A DNA stretch of 64,000 nucleotides from Antedon mediterranea (taxonomy: Eukaryota; Animalia; Echinodermata). The stretch spans positions 24,597,432 to 24,661,431 of the forward strand of contig NC_092679.1 of assembly GCF_964355755.1 (NCBI RefSeq). The letters are read 5' to 3'. The position numbers and the translations under genes are program-made. The notes beneath the pieces were generated by a model, which was not told the DNA's origin, ran no database searches, and worked only from the letters and a program-made list of their open reading frames with translations. Shown in pieces: positions 43,601 to 56,919 of this stretch (positions within the stretch are counted from its first letter, which is position 1; each line of letters opens with the position of its first letter).

Positions 43601-43829
43601 ATTGAAAAACTTGTATTGTCATGCTTTATTATGTCCTGTAGTTTATATAGGCCTATTTGTTAATTTTACTAATACACTGTTCGAATATTGTAAGAACTGA
43701 AACTGATGTGTCTATTATCATAATTGATGGCTTTTACAGATAATAGAAGCTTGGAATCGCAAACTTGGACGTCGGAAGCGCCTCAATGATATGAATTCAG
43801 TCGAAAAAACGAATAGCACTAACATGTGA
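34635..43829 (+). CDS. Adhesion GPCR with signal peptide, C-type lectin domain, acidic/Thr-rich stalk, GAIN/GPS and 7TM domain
   Basis: Exons 34635-34680, 34880-35344, 35572-35823, 36363-36511, 36687-36804, 37252-37377, 37572-37638, 37839-37950, 38228-38301, 38708-38822, 39531-39634, 40027-40132, 40746-40966, 41344-41410, 41779-41945, 43404-43572, 43740-43829. CTLD (FFIGL, WKWSSG, EPN, YICEK); GPS ICTFWD...GC...CQCTHTTNFALLV; TM motifs IHKNL, LLHYFLLCMFTWMAAEA, CWL, LIPIFGLTW, NSFQG. Confidence 0.88.
36045..36230 (-). mobile_element. L2-like LINE 3' end
   Basis: Minus strand ends CACAGCGCTTTGAAACC...GCGCTTTATAAAT plus an (ATT)n tail. Confidence 0.55.
38585..38769 (+). repeat. 92-bp tandem duplication spanning the GPS-exon splice acceptor
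   Basis: CTTTTTATTAATCTTTGCTCGTYGTTTCTAG|GTCTTTCTCGACATACGG...GACGTCATGC twice. Confidence 0.93.
39013..40458. repeat. Pair of ~93-bp inverted repeats (39013-39105 and 40366-40458) in separate introns
   Basis: Arms are reverse complements with about two mismatches. Confidence 0.92.
41944..43046. repeat. 29-bp minisatellite (AAGTAAGATAGAGTAGTCTACTGGTTATT), ~38 copies, starting at a splice donor
   Basis: Tandem repeat read directly. Confidence 0.97.
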
Positions 43830-44583
43830 ACACATCGCTGAATATAACACTAACATGTGAACACATCGCTGAATATAACACTAACATGTGAACACATCGC
43901 TGAATATAACACTAACATGTGAACACATCGCTGAATATAGCACTAACATGTGAACACATCGCTGAATATAACACTAACATGTGAACACATCGCTGAATAT
44001 AACACTAACATGTGAACACATCGCTGAATATAGCACTGACATGTGAACACATCGCTGCAGAATATAGCACTGACATGTGAACACATCGCTGAATATAGCA
44101 CTAACATGTGAACACATCGCTGCATATAGCACTGACATGTGAACACATCGCTTAATATAGAACTGACATGTGAACACATCGCTGCTGAATATACGCTGCT
44201 GAATAATATAGCACTGACATGTGAACACATCGCTAAATATAACACTAACATGTGAACACATCGCTGAATATAACACTAACATGTGAACACATCGCTGAAT
44301 ATAGCACTGACATGTGAACACATCGCTGCAGAATATAGCACTGACATGTGAACACATCGCTGAATATAGCACTAACATGTGAACACATCGCTGCTGAATA
44401 TACGCTGCTGAATATAGCACTGACATGTGAACACATCGCTAAATATAGCACTAACATGTGAACACATCGCTGAATATCGCACGGACATGTGAACACATCG
44501 CTGAATAAGCACTGACATGTGAACACATCGCTGAATATAGCACTAACATGTGAACACATCGCTGAATATAGCACTAACATGTG
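43813..44583. repeat. ~31-bp minisatellite (ATARCACTRACATGTGAACACATCGCTGAAT) overlapping the GPCR stop codon
   Basis: Tandem repeat with indel variants read directly. Confidence 0.96.
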
Positions 44584-44970
44584 CCCCAAGTCTGTATTTA
44601 TTTCGGGGCTTTTCGATGTTTACACGCTCAAGTAGTACACGTATGAAACCATATGTGCCAAAATATTTATCTTTTAACTAATATTAAGTCAAAAACTCTG
44701 TCTGGAACCCAGACTACTTAAGTATGAATGGTGAATAACACATTTATTAAGAGTTTTTTATGGTAACAAAAATCACAACATAAGACCAAAGTAAATTGCT
44801 TTCCTCCTAAGACAATGGAGTGTTGTTTTATTCAGCAAAACAAAGCATCCTGTAATTAGCCATTTAACTGTTAGATGTTTGTAAATAAAAATACAGTAAA
44901 TGTTCTGTTAATTCTGATAATATAACTAGTGAATGTATGCACCTTTAAATACAATTTGCCGTAAACAAAA

Positions 44971-47900
44971 TTATGAGTCCGCACATTTCTTTTTTTCTAA
45001 AATAAAAATCTTTGGTTGTAATACAACTTGAGGGAATGATTTGAAATCTTTAGTGTCAATTCCTGCATAACCTTCGACATGATCCAGTATATAATGTGAA
45101 GATGTGTAAGGTGAAAGTTCAGGTGCATTCTCGCTAGCAGCGCCAATGCAGAGAACATCGTACGACATCATATCGGCTCCACCTGGTGATAGATCCTCTG
45201 TTTTGTTGTAGCTGAAAATGAAAATGGATAACTTGTACTGAAACTAAGAAAACAAAGCTTATAGATATGTCCTGTATAAATAAATTAGGGCTGAAAATGA
45301 TCTAGAACACACTGCTGGGGTAAACCCACACAAGCCAGTTGTAAGTCCTTATCCAAGAAGACTTGTTCTACTGTATCACCAGAACTACATGGACAAAGAG
45401 TGACTAGAACCTGTGCTAATTTTATCATTGATTGGCTGGGGTTTGCAGTGCCCCAATTGTAAAATAAACATAATTTATACATATAGATCATTTTCTTCTA
45501 GAAAATTTAGCAATATAAATACTTACATCCAGTTGTCATTTAGTTGTGTAAATCTCGACACCCCTGTCTGGGCTGTTGCAACATCAATATGAACATGTAT
45601 GTTTTCTAATAAGGAAAATGAAATAATTTAGTTTATAAATGTTTTAACAAGTAACAAAATAAACTGAATCTTAATGTTTGAAATATCATAGTAGATTAAT
45701 TGCATGATGTTCATAAATGCTTGTATAAATAATAATCAATCTGTAATGGTATACAATTTCATATTTGCTAATGTTACTTTAGCAATTATTTCATCCGGCT
45801 AGATACGTTATGAGAATTGACTGGAGAATAGATGTCCTGATTTAAAAGCAATTAAACCAAGTAGTAGTGTACAACTCATTCTGGTTATTAAAATTAATAA
45901 AATCAATATTGATTCGAAATTGCAAAAGATAAGTACAAAACAAATATAGTGAACGGCACAAAACAGTAGTTAATATCATTTGATGAAGCCAATGAATTCA
46001 GATGCTAAAATCAATATTTGTTAAGACCACAAAGTAGCATGCTAACCTTCTTTTGGTACAAGTTGGTGCAACCTAGTAATAGCGTCTCCACCAGGGTAGT
46101 TATTGTATGATAAATACAGAAAACCTGACGTCGTTGCTAGGTTAAAAACAAAATGGCCGATGACTGCTATTGAAATCAAACTCATTAGTATAGATTTCTT
46201 TCTGTTGTTGAAACTTAATAAGAAAAGGAAATACTATAAATATAACAATCAGAAGATCAAATTTCGTATAATTATTCGAACTAATTAGACACTGAATTAC
46301 TTTCAATAGAAATTGAAAGAAATGTTTTTTATCATTATTCTGATTTTGAAAGAAATAAATGTTTACTTAACATATTAGTAATAAATCAATACTGCAGGTG
46401 TCAGTTCAAAGGTCATGAGCCTTAGAATTATTAGTAAATGTTTACAACAGTATATGATATTGCGACACCATGTATGTACAGTAGTTCTAAAAGGTTGAGT
46501 AACTGACAGTTGTATGTGGTGTACAGCAAACTCAACATATTGATTTTTGCCATGCAAACCTTCAAATAGTATATTACAACCTATACATACATAGTATATT
46601 ACAACCTATACATACATAGTATATTACAACCTATACATACATAGTATATTACAACCTATACATACATAGTATATTACAACCTATACATACATAGTATATT
46701 ACAACCTATACATACATAGCATATTACAACCTATACATACATAGTATATTACAACCTATACATACATAGTATATTACAACCTATACATACATAGTATATT
46801 ACAACCTATACATACATAGTATATTACAACCTATACATACATAGTATATTACAACCTATACATACATAGTATATTACAACCTATACATACATAGTATATT
46901 ACAACCTATACATACATAGTATATTACAACCTATACATACATAGTATATTACAACCTATACATACATAGTATATTACAACCTATACATACATAGTATATT
47001 ACAACCTATACATACATAGTATATTACAACCTATACATACATAGTATATTACAACCTATACATACATAGTATATTACAACCTATACATGTGATTTTTAAT
47101 TTGTCGACGTATACAGTATTACTTATTTACCTTATTAAAAAATAAATAAAAAAAACAACTTACAAATGGCAAACGGCACGTGCTGCAGCTGTATTGAGTA
47201 AGGGAAATACGTAGATTATAAAACGCAATTCTTTATGAGGAAGGAACGAGTAAAGAAAGATGAATCCAACAGCTGGAAGAAGAAGAGTCCTGATTCTAGA
47301 GTCAACATACGCACCAATAGGAACAAGCAGCAGACTACTGGAAAGTGCTCTTGGAATGGCCGAATAAAAATACCAAAGAAATGGAGATGTCTAAACAATT
47401 TTATCAAACAAAATAACGTTAGAAATCACAATCAATTGATATTGGAAGTATTCAGTTTTGAAATAATAACATCAGAAGGATACACCCCAGTTAGAACTTT
47501 TATTCATTATTATATTATACCACAGGACTTCTCCCTCAGGCCAAAGGAATCTCTGCCAAAAGTATGAGTCAATGAAGATAGTAAAACCTGAAAAGAAAAA
47601 AAGAAATAAATACATTCAATTATAAAATGTATCAATAATAACAAATATTTTTTTAAACACTAGCTCATCTATTTTTGCACTTTTAAGAAACAGTTTCCAT
47701 TGAACTTCAAGATGTTAATTTTCATTTAACTCTATTAGGGAGTAGGGGAAAACAGAGTTACTGTATGGGGTTCTCTCGGGAAACACCCCTCTTCACCTCT
47801 CCGATGCAGGGCATAACAAAAAGTCACAATGTAATTTATAATTGAAGATGAGAAATTCATTTGAAAAAAAAACACATTACACTAACCCAAGCAAATGAGG

Positions 47901-49419
47901 CCAGCAGGTGCTGCATACATGAGAAGTGTTATAATGTTAAGTCTACCACTAACAAGTTCCATAAGTAGCATTAGACCCATCAGAATAGCTAGCTCAGCTC
48001 TAAAGACGATGATAGCAAATGCTGACAGACTTATAAATAAGGCATGTTTACCATCAATCCAACCACTAATTGCTATTAAAACTGAAAAATTTTAGTTAGA
48101 TATCAAACATGTTGTATTTCATACTGTGTCATTTATTGTTATGATTGGTTTCATACATAAGGATTATACATGATTAATACGCTGGTCTTAAACAAGGTTA
48201 CCTAATACATGGATGGAGGGGTTCAATCTCAGGAGGACTTAACAAGGATTGCCTATTACAGGAGGAAATATTTTTAAGGTGAGGCTGAAGATGAGCCTAT
48301 GCCGGAATAATAAGGATGGACTTATTTTTTAGGATAAATTAAGCTCTATCTACACTATCAAACTTTTGATGTGGTAGGTGGTAGTCATATGCCCAAGTAT
48401 GGCAGTGACATGACATCATCATGCCCATAGGGCACATCACATTTTTTTGTTACATAAAATTTGATAGTGTAAACAAGGCTTTACTCAACAATAGGCAACC
48501 TAAATATCAGTACAATTAATAATGGACTAAAAGATAATTGTGCACTTTTTAAATTCATTTTTACCTAAAACAAGAGCAAATACATTCGGCAGAGGTCTGG
48601 TCATATAGAAGACAAAGTGGAACTGTGTAGCTGTAATAAGCATGACATATTTAGTAACTTCTTTACCAAATCTGTTGTTGATAGATTTACCAAATTGGTT
48701 GAATGCCACAAGTACACAGAAACCAAGAAAGAAACGAACTGAAAACAAACAAAAAATGTTATTTTTATTATAAAGAATTATGCTTGACATAATTCATGCT
48801 TTAACAACATTTATTTAGAAACAGTTCAAGAAATAAAAAAAGCATACATTTACAATAACTTAAATGGTAACAATAAATAAGAACTGTTTCAGGGATCAGA
48901 AAAAGAAGTAAGACCAATGAAATTGCAAGAATACAATAAGGTATGTTATAATAGTTAATAACTAACATCATTAACTCACCGATGACCTGTGATATGATTT
49001 TAGATGCTCCAATCAGAAAGAAAAATGCAACAAAAGGGGCAGACAAAAGTGAAACAACCAATGGCCCAATGAAAGTTCTTGGAACAACGCCAGGAAACAT
49101 ATGATGATCGTACTGGCAAAACAAACAAAATAATAAATGTTTGTCTTACTTTAGCATAGAAATTGAATACTAGTTAAAACACAGGTATTATTAATATATT
49201 AAGTATCAAGTTATTAAAGGATTCTGAGAAGTTTTTTCTTAACTCTAGTCTTTTCTTTTATATAAATTTAGTAAATCACACATAACTTACTGCTGTGATA
49301 TTAGATGTATGATAGAGTAAATCATGCATGGCTTGAAGATTAAAACTCTCTTCTACTTTGGTAAACGGACAAATTAACAAGTGAACTACAAAGGCTGCTG
49401 CTAAAATCAACACCCACAT
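44971..49419 (-). CDS. ALG12: Dol-P-Man:Man7GlcNAc2-PP-Dol alpha-1,6-mannosyltransferase
   Basis: Exons (-) 49419-49291, 49112-48980, 48738-48565, 48081-47887, 47587-47484, 47390-47164, 46213-46047, 45605-45527, 45211-44971. Motifs [59 protein letters not shown]...NKSSNWG|[23 protein letters not shown]. Confidence 0.95.
46566..47088. repeat. 25-bp minisatellite (ATAGTATATTACAACCTATACATAC), ~21 copies, in an ALG12 intron
   Basis: Near-perfect tandem repeat. Confidence 0.97.
47391..47483 (-). other. U12-type (minor spliceosome) GT-AG intron in ALG12
   Basis: 5' splice site GTATCCTT; branch-like TTTCTAAC ~25-30 nt before the AG; joins WG|TSP in frame. Confidence 0.8.
48342..48480. mobile_element. 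MITE family A copy
   Basis: Degenerate TIRs with TTA flanks. Confidence 0.7.
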
Positions 49420-50239
49420 CTTGCTAATGTTTAAATCAAACTAAATCTATTCTGAAATAAAACAAAATAAACTTGTCAATTTCTAGTTCAATATAGAATG
49501 TCAATAATATATTTATTTAAAAAGTAGTATAAATAAAAATACACTGATAAATATTAAAAGCATACATTTTGCCCAATAACAATTTTAACTTTAAATTATT
49601 AATCACAATATGAATCTACGCATAGTCATTGTCAAATTGCATAATAAGCAAGGTGTCTCTCTACTGTAGTCTTTGGTTGGGTCTATATATATCTAAACGC
49701 CTGTTTTTTTATTGCCAAAAAGGAGTCCGGACTGGTCACTGTGCTCCTTTATTATGTTGTTGTCCACCGTACAGAAAGAAAATAATATATTATTATATTG
49801 ACAATGTAATGTGTCCAATAATTAATTATGGTCCCCACCTACTAGGCCTAGAGCCAAACCTGGTACTAGCTACATCCTGCCTGCTCATACATAATAGTAT
49901 AATAGATCATCTAGCCTATAGGATCTAACTACTAGCCTAGGCCTAGCCTAGCCTGGCCTAGTAGTAGTAGGCCTAGTACTACTACTAGTACTGTAGTAGG
50001 CCTAGTACTACGGTAGTACTGTAGTAGGCCTAGTAGTACTACTACTAGTACTAGTACTACTAGCTAAACTACCTAGCTAGCTAGCCTAGTAGTAGGCCTA
50101 AACCTCTAATAGTAGTAGACTAGGCTAGATACTATGTAGGCCTTTCTAGCTAACGTAGGGTGTAAGCCTACACATTCCATCAATACTAATAGCCTAAAAT
50201 ATTATATATATATTATTAACAATACTTTCAATATATGTA

Positions 50240-50402
50240 CGTTGAAAAAGTGGGAAAAACAACTGAACGCAACCACCGGACCCTGGATTTTCCTGTATGA
50301 CATGTGTTTGTTGGTTTAGAAAAAAACGCCCCCAATCTTCATCGAACTCTTGTTTTTTTTACAGAGTGTGTGTGACACGACGCAAATTCAACTTCCTAAA
50401 TA
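50240..50402. promoter_or_regulatory. Probable bidirectional promoter shared by ALG12 and COG2
   Basis: Divergent genes; probable ALG12 non-coding exon donor near 50240 and acceptor near 49452; CCGGA and CCAAT motifs; CpGs retained. Confidence 0.6.
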
Positions 50403-53400
50403 ATGGATACTCTCTCAATGTCTTCGCTTTGTTTCGACAAAGACCAATTTATGAAGGTAAGTAGTAAACCGGTTAACTTCATTAAAACATATGCAACGCT
50501 GGTAGAAGCAAGCTAATGCTAGCTAGGCCCTAGGCTAGGCAGCTAGCTGGGCTAGCTAAAGAGGATATAGTATGGGCCTAGGCTAGGCCTAGCTAGATAG
50601 ATAGTAGTAGGGCTAGCCTAGCTACCTCCTCCGGCTAGAGAGTATTTCCTATAGGTAGGCCTAGGCTAGGCCTAGTCACTAATCTAATTAAATAAAAGTA
50701 GAGAGAGAGGGAGGCCTTGGTACGCTAGGCCTAGTAAAGGCGAACGAGACACGTACAAGAAATTTGCAAACGAGTAAACCAACATTTTTTTTTCAGGATG
50801 ATTTTGATGTTGATGAATTTGTTGGTGATTGTCGTCGTCGCGTTCAGCTTGAACAACTCAAAGATGATCTAGACATTTATTTTAAGTCATTGAAGAATGC
50901 TATGGTTGAACTGATCAACAAGGATTATGCTGACTTTGTTAATCTATCATCAAATTTGGTAATAATATTACAAAATATAACAAAAACATTATAAAAATTA
51001 GCTAATTGTGTTTATTTAAGGATGTTGTCCCCCTGAATAAATATTTAAAAAAATGGTTAATGTCATTTAAATATTTATTTATTTAAACAAAAATTATTTC
51101 AACTGAAAAACTAAAATAAAACAAAAATCTAAGTATCACATATCATTATACAATATTTTTCAAACCAAATACATTTACTGTACATGATGCAATGTTGTAA
51201 TAATAAGCTATAAGGCTCTTTCTCTATCAAAGTTCAAACTAGTTTTTTTTAAAGTGTGATGTGCCCAAATATCTAGTGATATGCCCAAATATAGTGGTGA
51301 TATGACATATCAATCATATTGTCCATACACATTTTTATTTGTCACATCAAGTTTTATAGTGTAGACAGAGCTTAAAACTTAGAAATTTTGCACTTTACCC
51401 CAATGGTAAAACAGATGATTATTTTAATTTTCTTATATAACTTTATAAATGTAGGTTGGAATGGACAAAGCAATTAATAATTTATCCATACCATTAGGAC
51501 AACTGCGAGAAGAGGTTTTGGTGAGTCTTATGTTTGTTTAATGTAAATAGCCTCTAATTTCTGCCCCACTAATAACATGCCCCTAGTCTTAGCTTATTAA
51601 AAGATTAATGTTGGCATAATATTTCTGTTTAGAGTGTGAAATATGTGATGGAAGATGCAGAAAAAGCTGTTCAACACAAGTTACTTGCAAGATCTAAAAT
51701 TAGAGAAAAGAAGGTAGCACTTTACTATAAAATAAGATTTTGGAATTGAAGAATATCTAACTAAAGTAACAAATTACAAACATAGACAAATTATGACTAA
51801 ACTAAGACTAGGAATATTAGAATTAGACATTGAAAAAGGAAGATGCAATTGTATTAATAGAAATGAAAATTATGTTCTCTACAATCAATTGAAGATGAAT
51901 GACTTTAATAGTTTGTCCTGTTTATTCAGACATTATGTTTGTCCTGGGTCTTTAAGTACTGGTCTTTAAGTACTGGGTCTTTATAAAGTACTTTTTATAT
52001 TTCCAATTTAGGCTTGCCTGCAGAGACTGATCAACATTAATAAATCAGTTGAGAAGATGGAGGTTATTCTTGGTATGCGTGGACTGCAGTCTGCAGAAAT
52101 CATTGAAAATGATGATGGTGAAATGTGAGTTATTTGTAGAGCTTAACCTTTAAAGCTCTGCCTACACTATCACACATTTTGTGACAAAATTTGATGTGCC
52201 CATATATGGACATGATGATGTCATATCACTTTTTTTGTCAAACTAGTTTGATAGTGTAAACTGAGCTTAAGCATAGAAGGCAGAACTTATTATTTAAAGT
52301 GCACATACAACCAATATTTTACTGAAACAGAATGATATCTTCTTTTTGACACAGTGAGTTGACTGGTCAACAGATTGAGAGAGTTGCCTCAGAGTTTAAT
52401 CAACTTCAGTATTATGTTACACAAAGCAAAGGATTGCCACTTGTTGAAAAAATCAGACCAGTAAGAACACTAATAATGAAAGTTTGCATTCAATTAGAGT
52501 ATTTATTCTATTTTATTCTAAACAATATTCCATAGGGGTGGGGCATTTAATCAAAGAGGTGCGTTTATTCGAACAAATACGGTCATGCTGAACACAGTAT
52601 ATCATAAATTGTACTTGTTATTATATATTAGCTTTTTGCTTATTTTATTTGAATCTCTATTGAGATCCAGCCACAGACAAAAGATGACCATTTCTAACTA
52701 ACCATAAATCAATTACCCATGCCCCAAGTGTAAATTAAGTATAGTAATTATTGAAGGTAGCTAGACAGGTAACTAACACTACTACCCTAAACACTTCCTT
52801 TCATACCATGTTTTCAATTTGTTTAAATTTTGTTTGTCACATTTGTTTGTAAACCAACAGAGAATAGCAGCCATCACAGTGACATTGCAGCATAGTTTAG
52901 AGCGTATGTTTAAGGAGAGTCTTCAGACCAACAATGTTGATATGTTACGTCAGTGTCTGAGAACATATGCAACAATAGATAAGATGCGTGATGCTGAGGC
53001 TCTGTTTAGAAAGGTGTCTGTAGCTCCTTATATGGCAGAGGTTAGTAAATGAGTAATATAAATTATACTAATCAATTTTCTATTGCAATTTGTTTTGTTC
53101 TAGCTTCTCTCTGACCTTTTTTGTTTAAGTGGTATATGTTTATAAGTTGATCCCTTTTGCATTATTAAACAAGAAATATTTCTTACAAAAAATGCCGCTC
53201 ATCTCGATAACTACTGGCTACATGCATCTCAATATTTATCAGCAAATCTTTTCATAGACTCTCTTTTCCCAGACGTACAGTACTTTTGGGTGTGTGCATG
53301 CCCAGTCCGAGATTCCAAATACCCATTTTTGTCTGCCGTAGTAAACTATAAGCTACCGAATGCAACTGTTTCCTAATGATTCTGTTCTTTTGAATATAAC

Positions 53401-56400
53401 TGCCTAAAGGAACGATGTGAACAATTTTACAAAAAGTGTATATTTTTTAATAGGTAATCAGTGAACGGTTTATTCAGATGAACCCTCAGGGATTAAAGGG
53501 AATGTTTAACAAAGTCATGGAGTTTATTCCTATGCACTGTGGACTTATACGTGAAGTAACATCTCCTCTCTTTAGGTAAGAAAAACATACGTTGCAGTAA
53601 CAAATTTATTTATAAGACTGTATCTGTTGAAATTTATGCCAATAAAACATACGTTGCAGTAACAAATTTATTTATAAGACTGTATCTGTTGAAATTTATG
53701 CCAATATTTATTTCTTCTATGTAGTTCTGGAAGTGAAAAAGTTGTAGGAGGTTACAACTTCATGGTAAATGCTGTATGGCCTGAGATTGTTAGCAGCCTA
53801 GAGAGTCGTGTTGCATCCATCTTTGCCTCTGGAAACCCAGATACATTTCATCAGGTATAATGGTCTAATTTGTGATGTTTTTTATCAGTTATTTTGTCTG
53901 TTAATATTTGTACTTTATTGGTTTTTATTTTAAGTTCACGTTCTTGAAAAAGTACATTTTATATGTTTTCTTTTACTGAAAATGTATAGTATTTTAGAAA
54001 AAAAAAATAAAGCCTCATCACTATGTTACACTTTCGTTCTCATTTTAAGAAAAACATTTAATTTTGTGCTCATTATTTATAGAAATACTTAATAAGTATG
54101 GAGTTTGTTGACAAGTTTGAGAGGGAGTGTGGATCACAGAGCAGTGTTAAAAGGCTACGTGCTCATCCAAGCTATAACACCTTTATGTCAAAATGGAGTC
54201 TTCCTGTCTATTTCCAAATAAGGTAAGATTCATGTATATAATTGTAACTAAATCAACATTTTATTTTCAATGTACAGACTGACTACTCATCTAAATCATC
54301 ACCAAATCACATGACATGTCAAAATACTTTAAATTTACTTATGTATTTGTTTTTTTAGATTTCAAGAGATTGCTGGTTCTGTTGAGACAGCCTTAATGAA
54401 TCCATTTAATACAGCTACTGGTATGTTTATAATACAAGAAATCTAAATTTAGACTTCATATAATCTCTGGTAATTATTATTATCATTAGAACTTCACTTT
54501 TGAAAAGTAAAGCAAATAAAATGTGTTACTAATGGTCTGGTTTTTCAGGAAATAATGGATTTAAGCTATCAGTATTTGATACTATATGGAATGCGTTACA
54601 AATGTGTTGGAAAGATCAGGTGTATATAACCCCATTAGCTCATCGATTCTGGAAGCTAACTTTACAAATTATTCTGAGATGTACCACTTGGATTTCTGAG
54701 GTCAGTGAAAAAGAGGTTTGTATATTTATTTATTTTATACACATCCAACAGCAAGTAACTTGCCAATTACAGGATAAACTAATATCACACATTTTTTAGC
54801 ACGCACTAAGTTTTCAATAATATCCTAATTTTTATTGTATAGATAAACGAAAAACCAACGAATACAGAAAACCAGTCACTTTCAAGTGATGGAGACAAAG
54901 CTACAGATGACAAAAGTCCGCCAGTTACCATGGCACAAATGATATTTCTTATTGGAGACGTTGATAAACTGTATGAAAAGGTAATGATTTGTCAACACAA
55001 TGATTAAAATGTTTCCTGTTAAATGTCAATCATTGGGAAATAAATAATTAAAGAAAAAAATATATATATATTTTTATAACCTTATTTTTCTCTTTTGAGG
55101 TGGCAGTCACTTTTATTGCACATGTGACAAACAATTAAGATTTAGTGAAAACATTTTCTTCTGGCTTTTATTAGTATATTGATATGATGGTTCATTGAGT
55201 AGTGTAAACCAGTATAAATTGATATTTAATATTTGCAGTTACCATCAATGTTTACCAAGTGCATTCAAGTCAAGTTATCCAGTATTTGTAAAGACACTTC
55301 ATTTCTAACTGGTTTGTATTATTTTGACTTATTAGCTTTTAATCTACTAGCTAGCTAAATAAGTGACAGCTAAGTTAAGAGGTAGGATGTTGCAGGGTAG
55401 GGACTCCGCCAAATGGCCACCATATATATTATTTAATATTGATAAAATATAATATTAGGATGAACCACATAAATCATCACACAGATTTCTTTAAAATCTA
55501 TTACAGTTTTCTATAATTAAGACACAATTTTCCTTACATTTTTATCTTGTATCATAATTTAAGCGGCCCTCTATAAATACCAGAGAAGAAATGTTTGTCA
55601 AATCTCTGTAATTAGTTGAAACTCATTAAAATATTTTTTTTTTTAATTTAGAATCATTTGAAGAAGCGAGAAGTAAACTAATTGAGCTACAAGATTCATT
55701 TTGTTCTTTTATTGTAAAACAAGTTTGTGGCTTGTGTTCAGCACACCTTAAATCAGCCAATGATATTCCACGATTGTACCGAAGAACTAATCGTGAGGTA
55801 AATATGTGTTTGCATTGAAAATCATAGGCTTACCTAAGCGCTGTAGTGCTAGTTACATGTTTTCCATGAGGAGAATTCTCTCTTTTTATAAGCATGTCTG
55901 CGGCAAGTGCATCTATGGTTTTAGAATAGGAGTTTGGAATAGTGAAAATTATTTTGTTAGGTGTACTACCTGTATTATCACAACCAATGAATTTCCCCGG
56001 AGTTTGGGATAATAAAGTTTTATTGAATTGACTGAGGTGTGGTATAATGCTAAGTCATTTCACATTGTTTGTGTGTTTCCATTTGATAGGTGCCAAGCAA
56101 ATCATCTAATTATGTACAGAATGCAATGAAACCATTGCAGCTGTTTATTCAGGAACATGGTGATGTTTTACAGTCTTCTAGGAAACAACAACTATTTGCA
56201 GATATATTTACACACATTGTACAAGAGTAAGGTTATATTTTTGTTTTTAAATTGTATTTTTTGATTTATTATATTTTCTGTTGGCACTTTCAGCATATAT
56301 TTTTTGTTTGTCTTTTTCTTCAATCAATCCATCTTTAATATATAAATTATAAATACTTTTTTTAAAAGATATCATAGTGTGTCATCTGACCTGTTGACCT

Positions 56401-56919
56401 CCGTAAAGAAGATGGAGGAGAGTTTGAAGCGGCTAAAGATGATGCGCAAGAGTGACGTTGGACTTCCCCAAAGCAGTCAAGGGTTAAGTGATGATGATAA
56501 GATCAGACTACAGCTAGCCATTGATGTCAGGAAGTTTGGAGAACAGGTCAGTCAATGGTCATACATCCTAACTTAGAAAATATTAGGGAGACTTCTTCTT
56601 CCATTTAGGAGCAAACTACTGCTCCACTGGCTATAGCTGTTGCAAATTGTTTTCATACAGTGTGTGGGGTGCTCTGGTAATTTAATATTTAAAATACTTT
56701 TTCAAAACCCGCAACAGTTATTATTTTTATGAAATTGTATTTAACAAGTTTTTATTTTCTTTACAGATTGTAAGTCTTGGTGTTGAGAAGGACCAAGTCA
56801 AAGGTTATGCCGAGCTCAGTGAACTTGTAGAATCTCATGTCAAAAAGACTTCAGACGAACTCTTAACAGAATTAAAAAAGATTGCGAAAGTTAGAGAGGC
56901 AGAAGAATATAACAGTTAA
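50403..56919 (+). CDS. COG2: Conserved oligomeric Golgi complex subunit 2
   Basis: 18 exons: 50403-50456, 50797-50958, 51455-51520, 51633-51713, 52012-52124, 52355-52460, 52861-53040, 53454-53575, 53725-53854, 54083-54222, 54359-54421, 54549-54715, 54843-54980, 55239-55311, 55652-55797, 56090-56226, 56369-56546, 56767-56919. Motifs LCFDKDQFMK, AMVELINKDYADFVNLSSNLVG, ERVASEFNQLQ, GNPDTFH, KWSLPVYFQIRFQEI, IPRLYRRTNRE, SDDDKIRLQL. Confidence 0.95.
51214..51372. mobile_element. MITE family A copy
   Basis: Right TIR TAGTGTAGACAGAGCT intact; TAA flanks. Confidence 0.7.
51725..51935 (+). mobile_element. Degenerate LINE ORF2 C-terminal fragment in a COG2 intron
   Basis: FGIEEYL...HRQIMTKLRLGILELDIEKGR...IEDE...VCPVY, resembling the zinc-knuckle-like tail of RTEX/L2-group LINEs; frameshifted. 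Confidence 0.6.
52154..52267. mobile_element. MITE family A copy (short)
   Basis: AGCTCTGCCTACACTATCA / TGATAGTGTAAACTGAGCT with TAA duplication. Confidence 0.75.
53582..53705. repeat. ~63-bp tandem duplication making up most of a COG2 intron
   Basis: AAAACATACGTTGCAGTAAC...TTTATGCCAAT twice. Confidence 0.9.

Noticed and set aside
43943-44589. Cys-rich minus-strand ORFs
   Set aside because: Translations of the 31-bp minisatellite in rotating frames
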